From NCBI GenBank assembly GCA_001600815.1, contig BCKZ01000043.1, positions 16,377-78,592 of the forward strand: DNA of 62,216 nucleotides, given 5' to 3'. Of this stretch, positions 51,547 to 62,216 are shown piece after piece; the first letter of the stretch is position 1, and the number at the start of each line of letters is the position of its first letter. A program made the translations under genes and the position numbers. The notes beneath the pieces are model-generated. The model did not search any database, was not told where the DNA came from, and saw only the letters and a program-made list of their open reading frames with translations. The DNA comes from Alloascoidea hylecoeti. Taxonomy: Eukaryota.

Positions 51547-52039
51547 TCAAATAATTAACGTTAGAATCATTATGGACCAAAATAAAAGACATCAGAACTT
51601 TCAAATACATAATTACATCTATTTGTTGTAGATATTAGTAACTAGAGATCTTGGATCGACCTTTCCAAACTAAACAAGTTGCTGTATTTCTCTGTATAGC
51701 TAATTGAACTTCGAATTTACCTTTATCATTGAATGTAAAAATACACTCTTGTGAAGCTCCAAACAATAAATAAATGAATAGGATCTCGGTATTAATACCT
51801 GCCGATGACATGCACACATGTTTTCACTAATGTGATATTTTACGATGGAGATGTTTACACTGCCTTATGCTTTCAAATCTTCAAAAGATCTATTTTGAAT
51901 TGTAACAATATACTTTAAATTTAATGCTCAAGAGAACTGTAAAAATAATATAAAAATAAAGATAAGTTACCACGAGCCATTTGTTTATAGAACATAACTT
52001 TTCTTATTAAGATCACTAGTTTATCGTTTTGAGGATATA

Positions 52040-52400
52040 TTTATGATGAAAAACATTCTTAAATTTTTTTTGTCCTAACTTTTTAGTTGAATATTTAATG
52101 AAGTCCCAAGTTCTAAGAGATGAATTAGATTAATTAATATAAATAAAGAAATTTGAATTTTATCAATCTGAGTTTTATTTCCACTAACTTGATAACTAAC
52201 TATAGGCCTATAAAACGAATTATTATATATTATCAACATATATTGCTTCATTTCCATCATTAAACTGGTTGGATGTATTTATAAAACAATACACACATGA
52301 AAAAGAAACTGACGTTCTAATGTCCATGTTTTGCTATTTTTTTCAGTGTCGATATACCTAAATCAAATATTGGGATTTATTATATCAAATAAAAAACAAC
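52040..52400 (+). repeat. Dispersed repeat family C copy downstream of RAD9/DDC1
   Basis: atatttaatgaagtcc..aaataaagaaatttgaattttatcaatctga..ttccactaactt. Confidence 0.8.
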
Positions 52401-52581
52401 TTATTGTATTTCTCTCCAATTGAAAATTCACCTACCCTTATCACAAAATGCAAAATCACTCTTGTGAACTTTTGAAGCCCCAGACGGCAACAAATAAATG
52501 GATAGGCCCTGGTATTAAACGGTAATCCATCCGCAATGATTATTCATATTTGTTGTTTCTCAATCCCTCGACATAATGGGC

Positions 52582-54009
52582 TTAGTCAAACAGACCACGT
52601 GCACTATCGTTGGGTTGAGTCGGACCGATCGCTGTTGTATTGTCGTTGTCATCATACGTTAAAACCAGCTGGTCAAAATCCCCACTCTCCCCTCCATCCG
52701 CACTGTTTGTGGCGTGGGTGTCCGGGTATCCGGTCGCATCCCATCCAACGGCGTCCTCTACCTGTTCCTTCAAGGATGCCGATGTTTCTGACACCACAGA
52801 CTCCGTAGGTGGTACTGTTGTTATCACACTCTTCGGCTTGGGCTTGTGGCCCGGCTTCGGACTCTCTCTATCTCTCTCCCCAACATCTGTAATCAACACA
52901 ACTCCAAATTCAAAATCAATATCTCCCACTTCAAATAGAACTGGATCTCCTGCTTCATGGAAAAACGCTTTCATTTTTGAACTTATATGACAAATAGAGT
53001 TAATAAAAACCTGAAAATATCGTTAGTTTTCTCATTCTTATCCCAATTACCACACCAATTATTATCATCACTTTCTATTTTTAATTTGATAAAATTACAT
53101 ACCTTAAAATCTTTAATTCTAAAACAAACACATGCATCTTCAACTGCATCAACACTTTGAAATTCTCCATTGTCCATAGAAACACTTAATTCCATTGGTT
53201 GTTTTAATATTTTATCTGGTTTATTAACAATTCTTGAAAATCCTGACATTACTATATGTTTAGAAGTAAATCGAATTCTAAAATCATCAATTGTTAATGG
53301 TATCATTTCAATAAATCTTTTAATGATATTATTCTCAACTTCAAATGTATATATATTATCTTCCTCATCTTCATTTTCATTATCATGTTCATCTTGTATA
53401 TTCTCTTTCTTTTTTCCCCTCATTTCTTCTTGTTTCTTATACATCTCTCTAACTCTTGGTCTTTCAAATCCACAATTTTGAATAAATAAATTATATTGTT
53501 TTTTAATTCTGGATTTATTTAAAACTTTAATAATTAAATGATTTTTAATTGTTTCATTTAAACTTTCATTATTAATTATCATAGTTATGGTTTCAATTGT
53601 TTTATCATGATCAATTTGTTTAAATAATGGTACTAAAAACTGACACATTTATTAGATATTAAAAATCAATTGTTTAGGATGTTTAACTTACTTTTGATGT
53701 AACTTGAAATGAATGATATTTATTATTATTATTGTTGTTATATGAGAATTCTTTAAAAAATGATGATTTAAAAATACATTCTGAAAATGTAGATTTTGAT
53801 GAATTTAACGTTGATAATGATAACTTATCCATAATTTTAGTATAATCAATGATAACAAATCTTATAATTATGAAAAATTGACTTACATATTCTTCACATA
53901 TAACAAATTTTATTTGTGTTCCAATACTTGTAAGACACATCATAATCCTTCCCCATATTTGTTGTTTTTCAATCCCTTCAATACTAAATTTGATAACTGC
54001 TGATGACAT
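52582..54009 (-). CDS. DDC1: 9-1-1 checkpoint clamp subunit (Rad9 family; S. cerevisiae Ddc1 equivalent); exons 54009-53887, 53823-53692, 53639-53103, 53010-52582
   Basis: 406-aa spliced frame: LSLSTLNSSKSTF..FKSSFF, LKQPMELSVSM, CFRIKDFKVF, AFFHEAGDPVLF and an acidic tail; three canonical introns; Reb1 site and TCGCGT upstream. Confidence 0.88.
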
Positions 54010-54429
54010 TTTTTAATTATTATTGCAATTGCAATTGTTATCGTGTCGCGTCTTAACTTATGATGAATGAAATTAGGATGTTTACCCGGCCATGTACTAA
54101 AAATCTTATATATATTTCAACAATTGAATAAACAATGTTGATTGATCACTATGTTGACATTTGCGTGGAAGATTTAAGCTAATGTCAATCATAACATCAC
54201 TAGCTATGGGTTATTTATCTTTGTTTTATTTTCATTTGATACGACAAAAACATTTGTAATTAAATTGCTAGAGTTACGAAAGATTAGGAATCTAGTTTGT
54301 GTAAACGATGATGACCAACATGGCGTTAACCTCGGAACCATATAGGGTGTTCGGTGGGAACCCACTTACAACATAAATCTATATTTGGAATCAAATCATA
54401 CCATCATTTGGTTCACAATATGTTTTGGG

Positions 54430-54880
54430 AATATAATTACGACGATGAATGATATAGTCTACAAAATTATTAGTTATCTTCTCTTTTTTTCTAACTTTTA
54501 TCGTTGAATGTTTAATGAAGTGACAAGTTCTGAGAAATGGTTTGTATGTTGAGTTTTGCCTTCTTTATGAATTTGACTACTTAAATATAAATAAAGAAAT
54601 CTTGAATTTTATCAATCTGAATTATTTTATACCTGATATCTTAACATTTTAATTACCAGCTAACTACATAAAACGAACGATTATTATTAACAAATATTGA
54701 ATTACACCACAATATTTCACTCCTCTGATTATTGGATTTGGATGGAACATATATAAATGGAAATATATTGATCTTCTAATAATTAACAATTCTAGAAATT
54801 CACAGATGGTAATGGTATCTAAACTGGAACAGGAGTAACAAGATCTATTGAAAGAATCATATCCCTTTTTTACGGGAAAT
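54430..54880 (+). repeat. Dispersed repeat family C copy upstream of RAD9/DDC1
   Basis: Colinear with 38070-38500. Confidence 0.85.
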
Positions 54881-55482
54881 AATTCATATATTCGAAGTTC
54901 AAATCTTATATCGATAGTTTGTGTTTAGAAAGTGACTGTTTACCTTTCTGTCTAAAAGTTTCCTCATACCACTTATTACACTGTATAGTGAGATTTTCAC
55001 CAATACAAGTTTTCATTAGTATTGCAGCGGATAACAAAGAAGAGTCGTGATTGTAGACATTCAAGAGGGTTCTTCATTTTTGGTTAAGTTATTGATTCTT
55101 GTATTTTCGATCCTCCAAACATTCTTAATATTGATTGTATTTTCATTCTTTGTAAATGTTGTATTAAGGTCAGTTAGATACTTAACTTACCGTAGGCCGT
55201 GTGGACAGCTAAATATCAGTCATCCCATAAGTAATTTTCCGCAGGATTTGGCGCCCGAAGTTGTTCCATACATTCATATTAACGGGTCATACTGGTAGCA
55301 AATCAGCCAAAAGTTTTTTCTGGATGTAGCGGATAATTAATAACGAGCATCGCCTAAATTAAGTAGAATCATATACATAATATCTTTGCGTGCACGTGAT
55401 TTAATGTACCAAGCAGTTACCCGCATTTAAGCTTTGAAAAATAAATAAATTTTCATATTATGATAATTTCATTTCTATAGAA

Positions 55483-57033
55483 ATGTTATTGATACGATCT
55501 CTAACTCGAAAATCAACTCCACAATTAAGAAATAATCGATTATTTAATATATCATCTATTTCTTTTATTTCTGAAATAAAACCAGCTTTCGAAACAAAAG
55601 ATGGAACATTAAGAGAAAGATTTGAAAGTGGTAAACCAGTTAAATTTGAAAATGGTTTTATACAACATAAAAGGAAAAAAGCATGGGAAATAGCAAATAT
55701 GGACAAAGATACATTTTTCAGAACTAAGTATGCTCATGTTCATGCTCGACAATTGAAAGAAAAGAAAGAAAAAGATGATGATGAAGTGAAGAATATTGGT
55801 TTTAGAGGAATTGAGATTGATAGATCTAATAGGTACAAAGGAAGGGGTAATGATTATAATAATGAACCAAGGAAAAGAGAAAAGTCCGGATTTAATAGAT
55901 ATGAAGGTAGGGATTTACCTAAAGACCGATTTGATGGTAATTCTCACACTAAAAATGAAAGGAAAAGTTATGATAATAGAAACACTCGTAGAGTATCAAC
56001 ACAAAGAGGGTATGCAGGAATCAATAAATCATTTGATAGATCAAAAAGAGATGGAAAAATAGATTTTAATCTTAATCCATCTCCAGTATCTGAATATATT
56101 TTTGGCACAAATTCTGTTCTTGCAGCATTGAAAAGTCCCAAACGAGAAGGAGGTCATGAAATGTTATATGTTTATGGAACATCTAAAAAAGATGGTAGTA
56201 AACCATCAGAACAAGAGATTTTAAATTTAGCAAATTCTAAAAAAATTGAAATTAAATTTATTGATTCAAAAGCAGAGTTAAATTTAATGACAAATAATGC
56301 ATCTCACAATGGAGTAGTTCTGGAAACTCGATTATTAGCTGCGGATGATATTATGCATCTTGGGGCTGTTGATCAAGAAAACTCAACTTATATGGTGAAT
56401 GTTGATACAACAGGTTATGGAAATTTTGCAGACACTGAAAAAACAGTTATTAGAAAAGGAGAAAAATTAAATCCTTTAGGATTATATCTAGATGAAATTT
56501 CAGATCCTCATAATATGGGTGCAATAATAAGATCTGCTTATTTTTTAGGTGTTGATTTTATTGTTTTATCAGGTAAAAATTGTGCTCCATTATCACCAGT
56601 TGTTTCAAAAACAAGTTCTGGAGCAGTTGAATTTATTCCAATTTATACTACTTCAAAACCTTTAAGTTTTTTTGAAAAAACAAGGGAAAATGGATGGATT
56701 ATTATTAGTACAACAACTGAAGATCTTTCAAATGTTAATCCAAATCATACAAGATATTCAAAAGAAAGGCAATCATTAAAAACTTTAAAAAGTAAAGTAG
56801 TTGATATTGATACATTATCTTCAACTTTAGAAGAAGCACCTTGTCTTATTACAATGGGATCTGAAGGTGAAGGTATTAGAAAATCTCTTCAATTAAGATC
56901 GGACCTATTAACCACACTTCCATCTTTAAGAGATAAAATAGATGCTGAAATGTATCAGGAAAATAATATGATTGTAGATAGTTTAAATGTTAGTGTTGCT
57001 TCTGCACTAATAATTTCAAAGGTTTTAAATTAA
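55483..57033 (+). CDS. MRM1: Mitochondrial rRNA 2'-O-methyltransferase (SpoU family, Pet56)
   Basis: Mitochondrial presequence; YLDEISDPHNMGAIIRSAYFLG, MGSEGEG, VDSLNVSVA. Confidence 0.95.
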   Translation: MLLIRSLTRKSTPQLRNNRLFNISSISFISEIKPAFETKDGTLRERFESGKPVKFENGFIQHKRKKAWEIANMDKDTFFRTKYAHVHARQLKEKKEKDDDEVKNIGFRGIEIDRSNRYKGRGNDYNNEPRKREKSGFNRYEGRDLPKDRFDGNSHTKNERKSYDNRNTRRVSTQRGYAGINKSFDRSKRDGKIDFNLNPSPVSEYIFGTNSVLAALKSPKREGGHEMLYVYGTSKKDGSKPSEQEILNLANSKKIEIKFIDSKAELNLMTNNASHNGVVLETRLLAADDIMHLGAVDQENSTYMVNVDTTGYGNFADTEKTVIRKGEKLNPLGLYLDEISDPHNMGAIIRSAYFLGVDFIVLSGKNCAPLSPVVSKTSSGAVEFIPIYTTSKPLSFFEKTRENGWIIISTTTEDLSNVNPNHTRYSKERQSLKTLKSKVVDIDTLSSTLEEAPCLITMGSEGEGIRKSLQLRSDLLTTLPSLRDKIDAEMYQENNMIVDSLNVSVASALIISKVLN

Positions 57034-57398
57034 GAAATTCAATTGATATCCCCTAAAAATATTCTATTTGTAGATAATGATCCGGGGGATGTTTTCTTAT
57101 GATAAAAGATGTACATTATATATAATTGGTATATTTTATTAATTAAATTCTCTCTGATCTAAAACTACCTATGTTTTGCAAGTAACTTTTCACTATTTCA
57201 CTTTTATTTTGTGGGTTATGCATATGCATTGGTGAACGTGACAGTAAAAATAATAGTCATATAAACGTGTGAAATTCAATTTTATAAATTTATAGTCCTA
57301 CATCTCTCCAGTTTCTTCTCTGAATTCTAAAAATACATCAAAACAACTAAATAATAACACTCTTTTTTATAAGTTCTTCGAGGAGACAAAATTAGAAG

Positions 57399-58526
57399 AT
57401 GAAGGCATCTGTTTTAAGAGTGACTAATCGTTTAACTAAAGAGGTTACTGGAAGAGACAAGCTGTCAAAAGTTATTCAATATAGTGGAAAACTATTGCTA
57501 TATTTATCTGATGATATCATATCTGCTTCAAAGAAAAATAAGAGCTTAGACCCCGATGAAGTAGCTAATTTGAGAAAATCGATTTATTCCTTGGTTTTAC
57601 GAAAAGAGAATGTAGTTGATTCTAAGCCATCGTCACTATCTGGAAGTTTACTAGCATTCACAAAGCTGGTAGTATTATATTTACGTTTTTATTTGAGTCA
57701 CGCTGGTTTGAAAATGTTTCAAAATATTCCTTCTCATATTAGTCAAATGGTGAGTGCCTTATCGTTATATAGGCATGTTCATAGGTTTGGTCAATCTTTT
57801 CAAAGCATTATACAATTGAAAGAAATACTGGATACTTCTATAATACTAGTGAAGAAGCAACAGGCGTCACAATTACAAAAGTTTAACGAAAAACAATCAT
57901 CAATTACTACACCAACACCAACTTTTCAAAATGAGAATTTACAAAAAGTTTCTGATTCGATTCGTTCAAAGGTCTCATTTTCTATCAATGTTTTAAAACA
58001 AATTATGAAGAATGATGATACATTAATGGCAGTTATTGAATTTTATGAAACGTTTACAGATGAATTATACTTATTATATCGAATTGGTGTTTATAAAAAT
58101 AAAAAATTTGGCGAATGGAATGAATATCATTCTGGATTATCATGGTTTTATGATATTATTATATCGGTTTATACAAATGTTAATAAAGTTACAACATTAC
58201 GAACTAAATTAGCATCTATTGAAAAATTAAAATTATTGATGAATGATAAAAATAAAAATATAAATACAAATGAATTTATAAAAAATCAAACAACTAAATT
58301 TTCAAATATTGAAGAAATTGATATTGAAATTCAAAATATTGAATTACAACTTAAAAAATTATATATTACACTTTTTAAATTAACAAATGATTTTATATTT
58401 TGTTGGATTGATGTTTTTGGAACTAAAGTTTCTAAATATATTTATGTTGGAACTGGTTTTATGTCTGCTTGTGTTGGATTAACGAAATATACAAATGATA
58501 TAATACAACGAGATTTCTCTGAATAA
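57399..58526 (+). CDS. PEX25: Pex11/Pex25-family peroxin
   Basis: TGRDKLSKVIQY, LSLYRHVHRFG and a C-terminal hydrophobic segment; 375 aa fits the Pex25 subgroup. Confidence 0.75.
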   Translation: MKASVLRVTNRLTKEVTGRDKLSKVIQYSGKLLLYLSDDIISASKKNKSLDPDEVANLRKSIYSLVLRKENVVDSKPSSLSGSLLAFTKLVVLYLRFYLSHAGLKMFQNIPSHISQMVSALSLYRHVHRFGQSFQSIIQLKEILDTSIILVKKQQASQLQKFNEKQSSITTPTPTFQNENLQKVSDSIRSKVSFSINVLKQIMKNDDTLMAVIEFYETFTDELYLLYRIGVYKNKKFGEWNEYHSGLSWFYDIIISVYTNVNKVTTLRTKLASIEKLKLLMNDKNKNINTNEFIKNQTTKFSNIEEIDIEIQNIELQLKKLYITLFKLTNDFIFCWIDVFGTKVSKYIYVGTGFMSACVGLTKYTNDIIQRDFSE

Positions 58527-58809
58527 TTTCGAACAACACACACACGCAGTAATATTAAATATACTGTCGTTAATTTTTTTTCTACTCAAAAAGATTAATA
58601 TATGGCTCTGATAGAAATAATACATAGAATTATTAATCCATAGATGTCAGGAATTAGTAGAGGGTAAATGATCCAGCTATAGGCGACCTGTCACACTATC
58701 TAAGTGAATATTCATATCCAATAACATTTTCCAAATGCTTTCAAAAGACTATTACTGCTCATCTAAGTGTTGTAATTGTTGTAATTGTTTTGTTTAATGG
58801 GAATAAAAA

Positions 58810-59470
58810 TTTTGCAAAATTTAAAAAGTTGTGTCAAAATAAATATTATAGGGTAAAATACATCTAGATATTTTGCTCTTCCAAATTCTAAAATACAATA
58901 TGTTATATTTCTTCAAGCGTATATATAATAAAGAGATCATTTGTAACCATGAGATCACAATCCATAGTGATATTATGTGAGACGGCGTTGTATGGATCTA
59001 ATCTTTTAAAAATATCTAGATATATTATTACTTAGATTTTTCATAAGATTATCAATATATATATTACACAGCAAGATTCAATCAACCTTTATTGTCTTTT
59101 AATTCAGACGAGAGTAAATTAATAATAACACTTCTAGATGTATTAAAAAGATAGTTCAATCATAAATTTGGACGGCCTGATGAATTGAATTACAACAAAA
59201 CGTTTTAAGCTAAAGTAAATTTGTATATATTGCAATTGCGATCACACGTCCACCAAATTTATCAGTTGGAGATCAGAGAATTACATTTAAAACAACATAT
59301 AAATATGAATTTTATAACGAACTAATTGACTTCCAAAATAGATCGGGAATACTTAAGTTCAGTCACTTTTTAACCTACAAATTTAAAAGTGTTTCAATAT
59401 TCATTATAATGTGTTCAAGAACTTAGGCCACAGCAAATCATCAATATATACTGTATTTCCCAATTGAAAT
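58810..59470 (+). repeat. Dispersed repeat family B, copy 3
   Basis: Colinear with the reverse complement of ~36510-37160. Confidence 0.85.
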
Positions 59471-60266
59471 GGTGGCACCACCATTATAATTAATATACTT
59501 CTTAAGGAATCTACCAACTTAATGTCGATTAATTTAAATTTAAACTTAATATTTTGTATCTTATACTAATATTCGGCCAAACCTTATTTTTCTTTCGTAG
59601 GTTCAGTGATATTTTACGTTTTCGAGATTTCTGGTTATTTTCTCATTACATACTTAGCATCTCCTATCTTGGGTGTGAGTGGATTGTTGTGATTTTGTAG
59701 TTCATAACAAAATTGAGGTATAACTTATTAAGTATTAAATATACAAAGTGATACAATACCAATACTAATACATATATAATATAATAAATATAAATTATTT
59801 TATTATTTTATGATTAAAAAATTACACCGTTCGAAATTGATTACGGAAATCCGTATGGTTCATTATCAATGCTCATAGTAAATTACTAAAGAACAACAAA
59901 CCAAAACTAGGACCCAATAATTCCGGATAGAGTAACGATTTTCAGCATCACTCATCTTTCTGAATAACCTAACATAAGGTTTATATCCGGGTAACATTTA
60001 CCCACTTGAAAAAATGGGTTGTGTAGCAATATTCGTCATCATACAATATTTGTTATTTTTCAATACCTTCAATAATAAATTCTAATCATGAATGAAATTA
60101 TAACAATAGTAAGCTGGATACGAATGAAAAAGAAATTTAATTAATTAATACGTTTTTCTTTAAAATTGGGCACTAATTCACAGTCGCATTATAATTAATC
60201 TAAAGCTTACACCATGTAGAATATGTATTGGTATTGTGGATGAAAAATTAATTAATTAACACAGTC

Positions 60267-61164
60267 ATTTCAAGAAGACAATTAATTCAAAGTGCAATGA
60301 AAGTTATGGATTTATATGGTGCTGAACCAAATGTATTAGAAATTGAATATTTTGAAGAAGCTGGTACTGGATTAGGTCCAACTCAAGAATTTTATATTAT
60401 ATGAAGACAACTCTATTCCAAAATTCAATGCAAATGTTCCCAAAAATTTTGTCAAAAGAAATTAAAATTATAGAGAGATGGTGAAGGTGAAAATGATAAT
60501 ATTAATGATAATAAAAGTAGATATGTTTTTTTCAAAATTTGGATTATTTCCTGCACCAATGGATGAAAATATCTGAAAATGGGAAAAAAATTATTGGATT
60601 TTTTAATATTTTGGGTAAATTTATTGCAAGATCTTTATTGGATAGTAGAATTGTTGATTTCAATTTTAGTAGTTTATTTTTCACATTAGCTCATAGAGCT
60701 GTATTGGGGAATGAAATACCAATTGGATTAGAAAGTATTAAACTTGTTGATACTGGACTTCATAAAAATTTTAAATTTTCAATGGAATATGTTGATGAAA
60801 AGAGAAGATTAGAACGAAATGGAATTGATATTAATTAAAATTCTGATGTTTTAATAAACAATACTCCATTAGGTCAATTATCGATCCCTTATACAATTCC
60901 AAGATATCCAGATATTGAATTAGGATCAAAACATGAAAATGAAGATCTAAATATTAATAATGTTGAAAAATATATTGAATTTATTATTGATATGACAGTT
61001 AGATCTGGAGTTACAAGACAAATTAAAGCATTTATTAAAAGCAGATGATTATTTAACAAGTGTAATAACCCGAGCTAATTATTTACCAGACTAGTATAGA
61101 ACTTATGAAGAAAAGGCTTTTACAAGCTATGCATGAAGGATTGGGAGTATTTTTATTATCGTAG
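60267..61164 (+). pseudogene. UFD4: UFD4/TRIP12 HECT-domain pseudogene fragment
   Basis: ISRRQLIQSAMKVMDLYG..LEIEYFEEAGTGLGPTQEFY, GLFPAP, LGKFIARSLLDSRIVDF, GVTRQIKAF fused to ADDY; stops, frameshifts and catalytic Cys changed to Arg. Confidence 0.9.
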
Positions 61165-62216
61165 TTTATAGAATTAATTAATACTATATTTGGGTTCATA
61201 ATATATAGTCATATTTATATTTTAAATTTGTTTTTATTGCAATTGTTTTTTAGGGATACTTTGAAAACTTTATTTAATTTGCATTCTGTAGTTAACGTTA
61301 TAATTAATTAGCTAACTCTATAATAGAAAGTTAAGCCATGTAAATATGATTATGAATTAAATTACGATGATCATGATGATATATCAAAATATATCGTCAT
61401 TTTACTTAAATTAGGCCATTTATTAACTAATTTCGTCGGGAATATTATCGGTATGACCCGTCGTTATGGTTCGTTCTAAACTTGGCCGATAGTTAGTAGT
61501 CATAATGGCTTAAATTAAGTGGAATTGCTGTATCATACACTACCACCAAATAGAGTAAATAAAAATACAATAAGACAAGCATTAAATTTCTTACCAACTC
61601 AAAAAGAATTACAAAATAATAATAATAATGATTCTAAAATTTCAACTGAAAAAAATTTAAACTCAAATTCAAAATCAAAATTAAAATATCTAAAAATTTA
61701 AGAACAATGAAATCAATAAATAATTTAATAACTCACTAACCATTATTAGAACCTGTGTTAATAAATTCACCAATGGATTCACCAGTAAAGAATCTAAAGA
61801 ATTTGAAACTGAGGAAATTAATGAAAAATCTAATAAATCGGATATTCTTGGAGATTCGGAGAAAAATGATAATATAGAAACTCCATCATCTGTTCTAATG
61901 AAAAATTCAAATTCACAATTATCATCAAATTTAGAATCTAATGAATTAAAAGAACCTTTATTACCTAATTCTGAATCAAATAATAATACTCCAAACCCAG
62001 ACAAGGATAATAATATACCCAATGATGAACCAGTTTTGATAGTTAAAACAACTCCATTAACTTCAAGACTTTTACGTGATCCAAAATANCCAGGTACACG
62101 TAAAAGAGTTGAACAAAGACGAAGACATTATGATGCAAAAGTTTATGCAAAACTATTAGAAATTTGTTCTTCAGGAGATCCATCAAAAATTTATAAAAAT
62201 TTAGTTAAAATAGATC
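61034..62216 (+). repeat. Right arm of inverted repeat with 977-2197
   Basis: See left arm. Confidence 0.92.
61500..62216 (+). pseudogene. STE20: STE20/PAK fragment running off the window end
   Basis: Ends YAKLLEICSSGDPSKIYKNLVKID; upstream frames broken; no CRIB domain. Confidence 0.7.

Noticed and set aside
47656..58526. Peroxisomal gene cluster (POX1 and PEX25-like)
   Set aside because: Only two genes, separated by unrelated housekeeping genes
1..62216. MAT locus genes inside the inverted repeat
   Set aside because: No homeodomain, HMG-box or alpha-box ORF was recognised
1..62216. tRNA, rRNA, snRNA genes or CRISPR arrays
   Set aside because: No cloverleaf, rRNA or regular repeat-spacer pattern seen by eye; GTTCGA hits near 41630 do not fold as tRNA

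Overview
AT-rich eukaryotic DNA from an ascomycete budding yeast with fairly many introns (GT..AG introns, CTAAC-type branch sites, Reb1-like TTACCCGG promoter sites); one 990-N gap. About 18 intact or partial genes: ECM14, ASI2-like, a spliced MFS sugar porter, ATO/ADY2, a 26-aa metallothionein, a spliced DDLEFCP-motif protein, APL5, NCE101, an Asn-rich membrane protein, KIC1, HIS3, MRP51, PHO89, POX1, POP2/CAF1, RAD9/DDC1, MRM1 and a PEX11/25-family gene. The intergenic DNA is a graveyard of mobile-element relics (Ty1/copia, solo LTR, Fot1/pogo, Crypton-type tyrosine recombinase with GCR1_C, possible non-LTR RT) and of deletion-eroded copies of host genes (UFD4, STE20, peroxisomal Lon, at least five RAD9 pieces). 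A roughly 1.2-kb UFD4/STE20 fragment forms an inverted repeat at the two ends of the window. All calls come from manual reading and motif recall; no searches were run, and repeat boundaries are approximate.
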